Shown: positions 1 to 10,818 of the stretch, in pieces | How positions within the stretch are numbered: the first letter of the stretch is position 1 | Layout: every line of letters begins with the position of its first letter | From: Salinivirgaceae bacterium | GTDB lineage: Bacteria; Bacteroidota; Bacteroidia; Bacteroidales; SZUA-534 | DNA length: 55,004 nt | Direction: 5' to 3' | Assembly: GCA_030620515.1 (NCBI GenBank) | Contig: JAUXEM010000003.1 | Location: 1-55,004, forward strand | The notes under the pieces: model-generated | Databases searched by the model: none | What the model saw: the letters and a program-made list of their open reading frames with translations, nothing else | What the model was told of the DNA's origin: nothing | Position numbers and translations under genes: made by a program

Positions 1-1
1 A

Positions 2-199
2 TATAAAGATGTAAATAGTAATAAATATTTAAATATTAATTATTTAAATCATTCTATTAATTCTAATCCATTAGATTTTAGCATAGTTACCACTATTAAT
101 AATTCTCTTACAAATCTTAATTTTTCTTATTCATCTACAGATTATGAGCCGTTTACTATTATGTATAAAGTGCCAAAATCATATACATTAATGCAATGA
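2..199 (+). CDS. 3' end of a CDS truncated by the window edge (possibly DUF4292-like)
   Basis: Frame 2 is open from base 2 to TGA 197-199 (...YKVPKSYTLMQ*), overlapping the next ATG (ATGA). Family guess rests only on the usual Bacteroidota gene order. Confidence 0.55.
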   Translation, partial: YKDVNSNKYLNINYLNHSINSNPLDFSIVTTINNSLTNLNFSYSSTDYEPFTIMYKVPKSYTLMQ

Positions 200-1410
200 A
201 AATTTGTTTCGTTATAATTATACTATTAATATTTTCACTTAATGTTTTTTCTCAATCTAAAGTCGATTTGGAAAGAAAGAAAAGAGATAATTACAATAAT
301 ATAAAATTTACTAATGAACTATTAGAAAAAAATAAAAAACGAAAAACTATTTCTTATAATCGACTGTTATTATTGAATAGCAAAATTAAATCTAGAACCA
401 ATATTATTTCTAATATAAATGGAGAACTTGATTTAATTGCAGATAGAATACTTGTGCATCAAGATATTATTTTGAACTTAGAAATTGATCTGATTAATTT
501 AAAAGATGAATATGCGAAGATGATATATTATGCCTTTTTGCATAAGAGTTCGTACGATAAATTGATGTTTATTCTTGCCGCTGAGGACATAAATATGAGT
601 TTTAGAAGGTTAAAATATCTTCAGCAATATAGTACACATCGTAAAAATCAAGCACAATTAATACAAAATACAAAAATTCAAATTAGCGAAGAAATTGTAC
701 ACCTAGAAATTATAAAGGCTAATAGAAAGGATTTGCTTTTAAATAAACAAATTGAAAATAAAAATCTGCTTTCTGAAAAACAAGAACAAAACACTAGTCT
801 GAAAGGATTAAAAACAAAAGAAAAGCAACTTAGAAAAAAGTTAAAAAAACAATATAAGATTGCTAATAATTTGCAAAAAGAAATAGCACGTATTATTGAG
901 GAAGAAGCTAGAATTACTGCTAGTAAAGTTAGTAAATCATCGGCAAATTTTTTTCAATTAACACCTGAAGAACAATTAATTGCTGATAATATTATAAGGA
1001 ATAAGTCGCATTTGCCTTGGCCAACTCAACGAGGTATAATTACAAGTAATTTTGGAGAACATCCGCATCCTGTAATTAAAGGTGTTAAAGTTAGAAACGA
1101 TGGGGTTGATATTGCTACAAATGAGGGAGCTGTTGTTCGTGCCATTTTTGAAGGTACAGTAAGTCGTATTTTTGTTTTGCCAGGTGCTCATAAAACTGTT
1201 ATAATAAGACACGGAAATTATTTAACAGTTTATTCTAATTTAAAAGATGTTATAGTACGACAAGGTGATAAAATTATTACTAAACAAACTATTGGAGTTG
1301 TCTATACAGATAAAGATAATGAAAATAAAACAGTACTGCAATTTCAAATATGGAAAGAAAATGTAAAATTGAATCCCGAAGATTGGTTAACCAAAGGTAA
1401 GAATGGATAA
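196..1410 (+). CDS. EnvC-like murein hydrolase activator (signal peptide, coiled coil, degenerate M23 domain)
   Basis: Long coiled coil, then LPWP..G.I...FG, NDGVDI and VIIRHGNYLTVYSNL; M23 metal-binding His residues are missing, as in EnvC. Confidence 0.85.
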   Translation: MKICFVIIILLIFSLNVFSQSKVDLERKKRDNYNNIKFTNELLEKNKKRKTISYNRLLLLNSKIKSRTNIISNINGELDLIADRILVHQDIILNLEIDLINLKDEYAKMIYYAFLHKSSYDKLMFILAAEDINMSFRRLKYLQQYSTHRKNQAQLIQNTKIQISEEIVHLEIIKANRKDLLLNKQIENKNLLSEKQEQNTSLKGLKTKEKQLRKKLKKQYKIANNLQKEIARIIEEEARITASKVSKSSANFFQLTPEEQLIADNIIRNKSHLPWPTQRGIITSNFGEHPHPVIKGVKVRNDGVDIATNEGAVVRAIFEGTVSRIFVLPGAHKTVIIRHGNYLTVYSNLKDVIVRQGDKIITKQTIGVVYTDKDNENKTVLQFQIWKENVKLNPEDWLTKGKNG

Positions 1411-4400
1411 TAATTTTATTCTTTTAAAAGAGAAACTAAATAATTTTATTAATAAATATTATTTTAATTTATTTATTAGAGGTAGTATAATTGTACCTAT
1501 AATTTTTATTTCAGTACTTTATTTTGTTTCTGGCTTTGAGTATTTTGGATGGTTTTCTATAAATACACGCTTTTTTTTATTTCTCTTTTCTATTATATCC
1601 CTTCTCTTTTTTTTTAGTTACTTTTTGTTTATTCCCTTACTTAAGGTATTTAAATTCGGAAAACGAATTTCCAACAAACATGCTTCAAAATTATTATCAG
1701 AATATTTTCCTGAAATTGATGATAAAATTCTTAATGTTATCGAATTAAATGAACTTGAAAACAATTCTAATGATTTAGTTCGTTATAGCATAAATCAGAA
1801 AAGTGATATAGTAAATAAATTTGATTTTACTAAAGCTATAAATTATAAAAAACACCTAAAGCTATCAAGATACCTTATTTTAAGTCTTTTTGTTTTTATT
1901 GCTACCTTATTTTTTAAGCCGGAGCTAATTATTGATGGAACAAAAAGAGTTGTACACTTTAATACTTCCTATGTTAAAGATGTTGGATTTAGTATAATTA
2001 TTGATACTGCTGCATTGGTTGTTAAACGTGGAGATAATTTAAAAATTGATATATTTATTGTTGGAAATATATTGCCTGACGAATTATTCATAAAATTTGG
2101 TGGTACAGATTATCTTTTAGAAAAAAAAGATATTTCAAAATACACGTACTATTTTAAAAATGTAAATAATTCTTTTTCATTTATAGTCTTTAACGATTTT
2201 TTTGAAAGTAGTAATTTTAGTATTAAAGTTTTGGATAAACCGATTTTGAAAAATTATGAAGTTGATATTGTTTATCCAAATTATATTAACAAGCCAAATG
2301 AAAATAAACAGAATTTGAGTGAAATTACTGTTCCAATAGGTTCAGAGTTAAAATGGTCGTTTAATTCAGTTTTTTGTGATACTATTTTTATACAACATAA
2401 AAATGAAATATTTTCTCTTTCTGAATCTCCTAATGGTTTTGTTTATAATGAATTAGCTCTTAAGTCACATAGCTTTAATGTTGCTTTAAGTAATAAAAAT
2501 ACCTTATTTAAATCCACTATATCTATAAAGGTAAAGGTTATACCTGATTTATACCCGTCTATTGAGGTTAGTTATGTTAAAGATAAGAGTAATTTAAGAA
2601 TATTTTATTTTCATGGACTAATTTCTGATGATTTTGGATTTTCAAAACTGCTTGTTTTTTCTCATGATAATGTTAATGGTTTAGAAATACCAATAATCAA
2701 AAATTTAAAAAGGCAAGAATTTTATTTTTCATATGAATTTCCTTTAAATGTTTTAGATAACGAACTGTATTTTCTTATTTATGACAATGATAAAATATTA
2801 GGTCCAAAATTTACGAAATCTGAAATATTGAAAATTAGTATACCAACAATTGAGCAAATAGCTAAAAATGAAAAGCAAAATTTTCTAGATATTCATAAGA
2901 AATTGGATCAAAGTTTACTAATGGCTTCTGAAATTAGAAAAGATATTGAGGAAATTAAAAAAAGTTTAATTAGTGAGAAGTTAGAAACTTGGGAAAAGAA
3001 ATCTAAATTAGAATCTTTAACAGCAAAACATAAACAGTTAGAAAATTTACTGAAAGAAATATCAAATCAGAATCTTAAAAAAGATAATTTTAATAATTCT
3101 TTTAATCAAACCACTGAACAAATTTTAGAGAAGCAAAAGCAAATTCAAGAATTGCTTAATAATGTGATGAGTGATGAATTAAAAGAATTATTAAAGGAAC
3201 TAGAAAAACTTGCTTCTAAGTTTGACGAAAATAAATTGAATGAAATCAATAGTAAACTTGAAATGAACTATGATGACTTATCTAAAGAATTAGATAAGAA
3301 TTTAGAGCTTTTAAAAAAGTACGAAATAGAGGAGAGGGTTAAACGTGATATCGATAGATTGAATGACTTAAGTCAAAAGCAAAAACAATTAAGCAATAAA
3401 CTTTCAGAAGAAAAAATTAATCAGAGCCAGTTACTTGAAGAAAATATGCAAGCTTTAAGTGAATTGAAAAAAATAGAAGAAGACTATAATGATATTTTAG
3501 AGAAGAATAATGATTTGTCCGATCCATTTAAAATGGAAGATTTTAAAGAGTCTTTTGATAAATTGAATAATGATATAGAAGATAACCAATCTGATATTAG
3601 CGATAATTCTGATAAATCAAATGAGCAATCAAAAAAGAATTCTGATAATTTAAATAAGCTAGCTGATGATATGCAGCAAATGATGAATGGTAGTTCTCAG
3701 CAAAAAGCTGGCGAAAATGCAGAATCATTACGTCAGTTACTAGAAAATTTATTTATTTTTTCATTTACTCAAGAAGATTTACAGAATGAATTACTTTACG
3801 TGCTTATTGATAATCCCCGTTTTGTTCAATTAATAAAGGAACAAAATAAAATTAATGATGATTTTTTAATAATTAAAGATTCATTATATGCTTTAAGTAA
3901 ACGCTCTAGTTTGTTAGGAAATCATATTTCTCGATCAGCCTTTGGAATTCAAAGTGAATTAATAAATACTATACATTTCTTAGAAAATAGGAAAGTAGGT
4001 TTAGCTCGTAAAGCTCAAAGAGAAATAATGACTCAAACTAACGATATGATATTGTTATTATCAGAATCTCTTAAAAAAATGGATTCAATGGGTAATGGTT
4101 CAAGTGGTTCTCCAAATAAAAAACAAAAACCTAAGAAAGGCAAAGAACCTTCATTATCTGATCTAAAAAAGGGTCAAGAAGGTTTTAAGGAACAATTAGA
4201 AAACATGCTCAAGCAAATGAAAGGAAAATCTGGTAAACCAGGAAAAGGAGAGCTGGGAAAGATGCTTGCCCAACAAGAGATTTTTCAGCAATTGTTGAAT
4301 GAGCTTAGTTCTAATGGGAGTGTAGGTAAAGAGTTAAGTAAAGAACTTAATGAAATTAAAAAATTAATGGAAGCAAATAAAAGAGATTTAGTTAATATGC

Positions 4401-4684
4401 AAATCTCTAATACTACATTATTTAGACAGAAACAAATTATGTCACGATTACTCGAGGCGGAAACTGCTGAATTGGAAAGAGATAAAGATGACAAGAGAGA
4501 ATCTCAGCAAGCTTTAAAATATAATATAAGTAATCCTGAAAATTTATTTGAGGATAAAATAGATAGTGTTAATTTTAATGAAATATTTAATACTAAATCT
4601 GTAAACCTTTTTGACTTTTATAAGTATAAGTATCAAGAGTATATAAAGAACATTAATTCTAATAGGAATGAAAAAAGAAATTAA
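1403..4684 (+). CDS. DUF4175-like membrane-anchored coiled-coil protein
   Basis: N-terminal TM helices, Ig-like region with IPDLYPSI and ISDDFGFS, long K/E/Q coiled coil, C-terminal RQKQIMSRLLEAE; typical position upstream of ybeY-mnmG. Confidence 0.75.
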   Translation: MDNNFILLKEKLNNFINKYYFNLFIRGSIIVPIIFISVLYFVSGFEYFGWFSINTRFFLFLFSIISLLFFFSYFLFIPLLKVFKFGKRISNKHASKLLSEYFPEIDDKILNVIELNELENNSNDLVRYSINQKSDIVNKFDFTKAINYKKHLKLSRYLILSLFVFIATLFFKPELIIDGTKRVVHFNTSYVKDVGFSIIIDTAALVVKRGDNLKIDIFIVGNILPDELFIKFGGTDYLLEKKDISKYTYYFKNVNNSFSFIVFNDFFESSNFSIKVLDKPILKNYEVDIVYPNYINKPNENKQNLSEITVPIGSELKWSFNSVFCDTIFIQHKNEIFSLSESPNGFVYNELALKSHSFNVALSNKNTLFKSTISIKVKVIPDLYPSIEVSYVKDKSNLRIFYFHGLISDDFGFSKLLVFSHDNVNGLEIPIIKNLKRQEFYFSYEFPLNVLDNELYFLIYDNDKILGPKFTKSEILKISIPTIEQIAKNEKQNFLDIHKKLDQSLLMASEIRKDIEEIKKSLISEKLETWEKKSKLESLTAKHKQLENLLKEISNQNLKKDNFNNSFNQTTEQILEKQKQIQELLNNVMSDELKELLKELEKLASKFDENKLNEINSKLEMNYDDLSKELDKNLELLKKYEIEERVKRDIDRLNDLSQKQKQLSNKLSEEKINQSQLLEENMQALSELKKIEEDYNDILEKNNDLSDPFKMEDFKESFDKLNNDIEDNQSDISDNSDKSNEQSKKNSDNLNKLADDMQQMMNGSSQQKAGENAESLRQLLENLFIFSFTQEDLQNELLYVLIDNPRFVQLIKEQNKINDDFLIIKDSLYALSKRSSLLGNHISRSAFGIQSELINTIHFLENRKVGLARKAQREIMTQTNDMILLLSESLKKMDSMGNGSSGSPNKKQKPKKGKEPSLSDLKKGQEGFKEQLENMLKQMKGKSGKPGKGELGKMLAQQEIFQQLLNELSSNGSVGKELSKELNEIKKLMEANKRDLVNMQISNTTLFRQKQIMSRLLEAETAELERDKDDKRESQQALKYNISNPENLFEDKIDSVNFNEIFNTKSVNLFDFYKYKYQEYIKNINSNRNEKRN

Positions 4685-5063
4685 TATAGCATCTAAGATT
4701 GAGAATATTTCATTGGTTGAAAATCTAATTGACGAAATTTCAACAGATTTATCATTAGTAGCCGACATTTATGGTAATATATTAATTGCAATCATTGAAG
4801 GTGTTACTAATTCAATTATTCATGGGAATAAAAAGGATGAATCTAAATTGGTTAATATAATTATATCTGAAAATAATTCTGTTTTAAGTGTAAGAATTTG
4901 TGATGAAGGTGCAGGTTTTGATTTTGACCATATTCCTGATCCTACAAAACCTGGCAATGTTGAAAAACCTGATGGTAGAGGTGTTTTTTTAATGGAGCAT
5001 TTAGCTGATGAAATAAGCTTTGATAAAGGTGGAGCTATTGTTAATCTAAAATTTAATATCTAA
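4668..5063 (+). CDS. HATPase_c (RsbW/anti-sigma kinase-like) ATP-binding protein
   Basis: EGVTNSIIHGN, DEGAGFD and GRGVFLM motifs. Confidence 0.85.
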   Translation: MKKEINIASKIENISLVENLIDEISTDLSLVADIYGNILIAIIEGVTNSIIHGNKKDESKLVNIIISENNSVLSVRICDEGAGFDFDHIPDPTKPGNVEKPDGRGVFLMEHLADEISFDKGGAIVNLKFNI

Positions 5064-5064
5064 A

Positions 5065-5484
5065 GTGTTTAATTTTTTTAATGAAGATGTATCGTTGCCA
5101 GAAATTGACATCGATCAAATATCTTGTTGGTTAGTTTCAGTAATTGAGACTGAAAAAAAAACTGCCGGTGATATTAGTATTATATTTTGCTCTGATTCCT
5201 TTCTTATCAATTTAAATAAGATGTATTTAAATCATGATTATTACACTGATATAATTACGTTTGATTATAGTGAAAGCAATATTATAAGTGGTGATGTTTT
5301 TATTAGTACCGATAGGGTAAAAGAGAATGCAATTAAATTTTCAAACACTTTTAATTCTGAGTTGTACCGTATAATGGTTCACGGAATATTACACCTTATA
5401 GGTTATAAGGACTTTAGTATTTCAGAAAAAGAAACTATGACAGGAAAGGAAGATGAATTCCTTAATGGATTAATAAAAAAATAA
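5065..5484 (+). CDS. ybeY: rRNA maturation endoribonuclease YbeY
   Basis: [13 protein letters not shown] and [10 protein letters not shown] motifs; GTG start. Confidence 0.93.
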   Translation: MFNFFNEDVSLPEIDIDQISCWLVSVIETEKKTAGDISIIFCSDSFLINLNKMYLNHDYYTDIITFDYSESNIISGDVFISTDRVKENAIKFSNTFNSELYRIMVHGILHLIGYKDFSISEKETMTGKEDEFLNGLIKK

Positions 5485-5485
5485 A

Positions 5486-7360
5486 ATGTTAAATGAATAT
5501 GATGTTATAGTTGTTGGTGCTGGTCATGCTGGCAGTGAAGCTGCTGCTGCTGCTGCTAAACTAGGATCTTCTACTTTATTAATAACAATGGACATGACTA
5601 AGATTGCACAAATGTCGTGTAATCCTGCAATAGGTGGCATAGCTAAAGGTCAAATAGTAAGAGAAATTGATGCTTTGGGTGGTTATACTGGAATTGCCAC
5701 GGATAAATCAAGCATACAATTTAGAATGCTAAATCGTTCTAAAGGTCCTGCGATGTGGAGTCCACGTGCGCAATGTGATCGAATGGTTTTTTCTCAAGAC
5801 TGGAGAGATCATCTTGAGACTATCGATAATTTAGATATGTTTCAAGACAAAGTTGTTTCACTGGTTTTAAATAATAGCATTGTTACTGGTGTAGTTACTG
5901 AATTAGGTTTTACATTTATTTCCAAGTCGGTAATTTTAACTAACGGCACTTTTCTTAATGGCTTAATGCATATTGGTAGTACCAAAATTAAAGGCGGAAG
6001 AATGGCCGAACCAGATTCCAATGGAATTACAGAGCAACTTTTTGGTGCTGGTTTTACTACTGGTAGAATGAAAACAGGAACTCCTGCACGATTAGATGGA
6101 AGATCTATTAATTTTAGCAAACTGATAGAACAGGAGGGAGATATTAACCCTTCCTTTTTTTCTTACATGAATAGTGACAATACATATGTTGAGCAAAGAT
6201 CTTGCTATATTGCACACACTAATGCATCCGTTCATAAATGCTTAGAGAGGGGTTTTAATGAATCACCTCTTTTCAATGGTTCAATTAAAGGTGTTGGACC
6301 ACGGTATTGTCCAAGTATTGAGGATAAAGTTGTTACCTTTGCTGAGAAAAGTAGCCACCAATTATTTTTAGAACCAGAAGGCTTTACTACTAATGAGTAT
6401 TATATTAATGGATTTTCATCTTCTTTACCTTGGTATATACAGCTTGAAGCGTTGCGTTTAATTCCTGGTTTAGAAAAGGTAAACATTTATCGTCCTGGAT
6501 ACGCAATTGAATACGACTACTTTGACCCAACCCAACTTAATTCATCTTTAGAAACAAAATTGATATCTAATCTTTATTTTGCCGGACAAATTAATGGAAC
6601 AACAGGCTATGAAGAAGCTGCCGCACAAGGTCTAATTGCAGGTATTAATGCTCATTTGAAAATTAACAATAAACCTGAATTTATTTTAAGACGAGATGAA
6701 GCTTACACAGGAGTTTTAATTGACGATTTAATTACAAAGGGAGTTGATGAACCATATCGCATGTTTACAAGTAGGGCAGAATACAGAATATTACTACGCC
6801 AGGATAATGCTGATTTAAGACTAACGGCAAAAGGATTCCACCTTGGCTTGGCAAAAGAAGATCGGTATTTAAGGATGATTGAGAAGAAAAACGCAATTGA
6901 AAATATTATTGAATTCTTCGGCAATACCAGCATAAAGCCCGAGCAAATTAATAGCTATTTAGAAAGTATTAAATCATCTCCGCTTAAACAATCTATAAAA
7001 GTTATTAATTTAATTAGTCGACCAGACGTTTCAATTTTTGGTTTAGCTGAAAATTTTGAACCGCTTTCTGAGCATCTTAAATGTATTATTTCACAAAGAC
7101 ATGATATTCTAGAGGGGGCAGAAATATCAATGAAATATAAAGGATATTTATTGAGAGAGAAACAGATTGCAGAAAAAATAAAGAAACTTGAAAGCGCAAC
7201 GATACCAAAAAATATAGATTACAATAAATTCCTTAGCATATCTACTGAAGCTAGACAAAAACTTTCAAAGATACAACCCCAAACAATAGGGCAGGCTACC
7301 CGCATTCCTGGCATTAGCCCATCAGATATTAATGTTTTATTAGTTAGTTTTGGAAGATAA
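5486..7360 (+). CDS. mnmG: tRNA uridine-5-carboxymethylaminomethyl synthesis enzyme MnmG (GidA)
   Basis: GAGHAG FAD motif, [45 protein letters not shown]. Confidence 0.98.
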   Translation: MLNEYDVIVVGAGHAGSEAAAAAAKLGSSTLLITMDMTKIAQMSCNPAIGGIAKGQIVREIDALGGYTGIATDKSSIQFRMLNRSKGPAMWSPRAQCDRMVFSQDWRDHLETIDNLDMFQDKVVSLVLNNSIVTGVVTELGFTFISKSVILTNGTFLNGLMHIGSTKIKGGRMAEPDSNGITEQLFGAGFTTGRMKTGTPARLDGRSINFSKLIEQEGDINPSFFSYMNSDNTYVEQRSCYIAHTNASVHKCLERGFNESPLFNGSIKGVGPRYCPSIEDKVVTFAEKSSHQLFLEPEGFTTNEYYINGFSSSLPWYIQLEALRLIPGLEKVNIYRPGYAIEYDYFDPTQLNSSLETKLISNLYFAGQINGTTGYEEAAAQGLIAGINAHLKINNKPEFILRRDEAYTGVLIDDLITKGVDEPYRMFTSRAEYRILLRQDNADLRLTAKGFHLGLAKEDRYLRMIEKKNAIENIIEFFGNTSIKPEQINSYLESIKSSPLKQSIKVINLISRPDVSIFGLAENFEPLSEHLKCIISQRHDILEGAEISMKYKGYLLREKQIAEKIKKLESATIPKNIDYNKFLSISTEARQKLSKIQPQTIGQATRIPGISPSDINVLLVSFGR

Positions 7361-7376
7361 TGTTCCACGTGGAACG
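7361..7376. promoter_or_regulatory. parS-type site TGTTCCACGTGGAACG
   Basis: 14-bp perfect palindromic core matching the ParB/Spo0J consensus TGTTNCACGTGAAACA. Confidence 0.85.
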
Positions 7377-7397
7377 GTTAACTAAACAATTACTTTA

Positions 7398-7413
7398 GGT
7401 TCCACGTGGAACA
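7398..7413. promoter_or_regulatory. parS-type site GGTTCCACGTGGAACA
   Basis: Same palindromic core, 37 bp from the first site. Confidence 0.85.
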
Positions 7414-8043
7414 ATATTTGCTAAGGTCCATTCTATTTATTGACTTTGTTCGTATTGTTTAATGCGGAGTTTTGGTATTTTTAATCTAAAGATTTATATA
7501 CGTGTTTTGATTATTAGTTGGCAACATTGTAATTACTGATGGTTCAAAATAAATTATCTAGTTATACAGCTTAGTTTATTTGCTGCTTTGAATTCTATAT
7601 TTTTACTATTCATGCTTAATGCTTTCTTTCATTTAGCTAGGTTTAAATTTGGTAAGTGATACCAAAAATTTATATTTTTCAATATTTGTTATGTATTTCA
7701 TTCAGCCAAAAACCTTGAAGTGTTTATTGGCATCTGCTTATATTTGAACACAAAGTTGTTGTTGCGTTTAGGTTGATTATATCGTATTTAGTAAAGAGTG
7801 TATTTATTATTATAGGACATTTTGATTCATTTATAACTTGAACGTAGCGTTTCTAAATATTGTAAACTGTAATATTTACCTCTGCAGGTGTTTCGAATAT
7901 AGACCAAGCTTTCCAAAATTCTTTAGCAAAAAAATTAATTTACTAGTCTTATTTTTGTATTAGGCAATTTTATATTAAAGTTGTAATAGTTAGGTTTGAA
8001 CGATATGGTTATAGTTGTGACTCTTATTGAAACGATTGCTTTA

Positions 8044-8059
8044 TGTTTCACGTGGAACG
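8044..8059. promoter_or_regulatory. parS-type site TGTTTCACGTGGAACG
   Basis: Matches the parS consensus. Confidence 0.85.
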
Positions 8060-10751
8060 TTATTGATTAGGATGGCATTTTATAATCATTGTATTTTCTT
8101 ACAATCAAAATGTATAGATCTATCTCTAAAATTTATTTGTGAAAATTATTGAAAAATTTCATTTCTGTATTTTAAACAATGATTGAGTAGAGTTGGTTTG
8201 CTTGTAAATAAGGAGTTTTAAGGGACAGCCTATTCAACTTGTTTATATTGTTCTGTTGAGAAGTTGTTTGCTATGCATTGAAAACCAAATTGTTTTTTGT
8301 TTGTAGTAATTACATTTTTTGAAATTGTTATTGTGTAAATAGTTATTTTATTTGTTTTATTGGTATAAGTTTTAGTTCTGAATTTTAGTTAGTTATAGTT
8401 GTTGCTAATTTTTAATATAGCAATTTATTTGTAGTGCTTTGTGTTGAGCATTATATCTCGTTTCTTTTTTCATTTAAATATACTCTATTAGTGTTCATAA
8501 TGTTTTTTTATTCTTAATTTCACTGAGGCGAGGTTTATTTTTTTAAAGAAGTGTTTTTAGAATAAGTTTTTTATTGTTTATTAATTTATTAAAGCTTTTT
8601 AATTTTATTACAAGCGCTTTAGTTTCTTTTAGTTTTTGTTTCAAAATAATAATTCCTATGGCTCTAAGGCTAAAAAATCTGTTTAGCTAAGGGTTTCTTA
8701 TGATCTTTGTGGTATTGTTTTAAGTGTAATTATTTACTTTATTTTCATTAGTTTGTTGCATTTTTACAATATTGTGTTAGTGAAAATTATAAATCTCTAT
8801 TCAAAATTACATAATATTCAATTGATCATAAATGTACATTTTGTATCATTACCTGCCCAATTAAGCTAGCTTGAATATTTTTCGCTGGTTTGTTGGCTTG
8901 GTACTAAATATCTAGAAAGTATTAAACCTAGCGATTTTTATTTCGTAGAGGTTTTGCGTATAGTTTCAATTTTTTTTCTCACATGCTGCATAAGTAAAAC
9001 TACTAAGACAATTTTTCCTTGTTACCATTCTTTAGGTTAATGCTCTTTTAGTTATATTAAGTGTTGACCCTAGGCTATTTTTTGTCTTGTGTTATTAAAA
9101 CTTGAGTTGTGAAGTAAGGTAATTCACCAATTTTTTTATTAAAAATTGATGTCTAATCTTTTTCACATACTTGGTAATTGATCAATATTAGTAAATTTAT
9201 TTTATTAGAAGAATAATTCCTTTCTCTTCCAGAGCTTTGTTTTCTTAAAATCTTTAGGTAATTGGTTTAATTGGAAAATAAATAAACCAATCATAATCGT
9301 AGCTAACCTAAATTATGTCTGAGTTAATTACTGAGGTAGGTTGTTTCCACGAAATACAACATATTAAATTTAGGATCACTATTTGTCTACATAGTACCAT
9401 TAAAATTGCAACTTTCTAATAATCAATAACTGGCAATCAATTGACTAAATCCATGATTTATTAAGGCTAAGTGACCATTATAAAAAAGTATCTGATTTTG
9501 ATAGACATATTTAGCACATAAACAGAAATTTAAATGTTCACACTACCTCTATATATGTTTTTTTACCTTTATCTATTCAAATCTTAATTCTAAATCATAG
9601 AATTTCTTATTTAGTAAACAATTAGTTTTTTTAAGATAGCTGCAAGAACAAACCGGCGCACAAGGAATTTGTCTTTAAATTATTTTTACCATTTTGAAAT
9701 ATTTTTCCGATCGTTTTAATTAGTTTGTTACCTTGAATATTGATGAATATTTGTCCTCTAAAATTAACTGACAGTATATTTAAGACTATATTTTAAAAGC
9801 TAAGACCTTATGCAGGCGTATTACTTAATGAAAAAGAATTATGACAATACTACTAGGTATTTTCTAATTATAATACTAATGTCAAGTTACTGTTGATGCC
9901 AACTCTTTTTTGTTTTTTAAACTAAAACTACTAGTAATGAGTATTTCGGTTTTAGGTTATTCATTAACTGGAACTATGTGTTTTCGATTTTCAATTGATT
10001 GTTGTAATATCAAAATATATGTTGATGATAGAAGAATGTAGAATATTTAGCAATTTGAGTAAAGAGAAATTTTATAGTGTAATTACATTGTATACAGACT
10101 TGTGATTTTGGAAGGAATAAATTTTATTAATCTGATGAATAAGTAGTGGTTCACTTTTCGATTAATATATGGAGTACATGCTAAAAAGTATACACATATT
10201 GCATAGTTTACAGAAAGATACACATTTTGCTTGTGCATTTGATGATATATGACATTATGAATTCTTACTGTAATTCTACTATGTTGTATTTTATACTTTA
10301 TCTAGGCAAAAAATGTATTTCTAATTTTTGAACTTGTTTTTTAGCAAAGCTTATACAGATAATTGTTCGTGTAGCCAATATTTTTTACTTTTTGTTGTTT
10401 TAGCAATCTTTACGATAGTTTATTGATTTCAATGGCTACGTTTTTGATAAAAATCAGATTAAATGAGCCTAAATATCTAAATAACAGATAAATAGCAAGT
10501 TTTGTGTATCATTTTGCCTATTTATTTAAGTTTTTTAGAAAGTATGTTTTGTTTTAGCTGTTTCAGATATATAAACCGTTATTTAACCATACTAGTTTGG
10601 CGGTATTTCTATTCTAGATATGATAGAAGATGGTGTTTTTATCTATAGCTTATTTTTTATAATGTTGTGCTATTTTTTCATTGAACATTCAGAACCATTA
10701 TTCGTTTGAAAATAAAGTCATTTTAATTAAAGATAGTGTTAACTAAAATTA

Positions 10752-10759
10752 TACCTTTG
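10752..10759 (+). promoter_or_regulatory. Bacteroidota -7 promoter element TACCTTTG for typA
   Basis: TAnnTTTG about 60 bp upstream of the ATG. Confidence 0.6.
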
Positions 10760-10818
10760 TGCGCTCAAAAATTATGACTTTTTAAGCAACAAAGCACTAA
10801 TATTGAAATATTTAAAAA

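Larger units (their letters stand above)
7361..10818. other. Long AT-rich non-coding region, candidate oriC region
   Basis: No ORF of 60 aa or more in six frames over 3458 bp; directly follows mnmG; contains three parS-type palindromes. No perfect TTATCCACA box seen. Confidence 0.6.

Noticed and set aside
5540-5557. (GCT)6 microsatellite in mnmG
   Set aside because: Encodes an Ala run in the conserved N-terminal helix; no sign of a contingency locus.
9342-9358. Additional parS site TGTTTCCACGAAATACA
   Set aside because: No CACGTG centre and poor symmetry.
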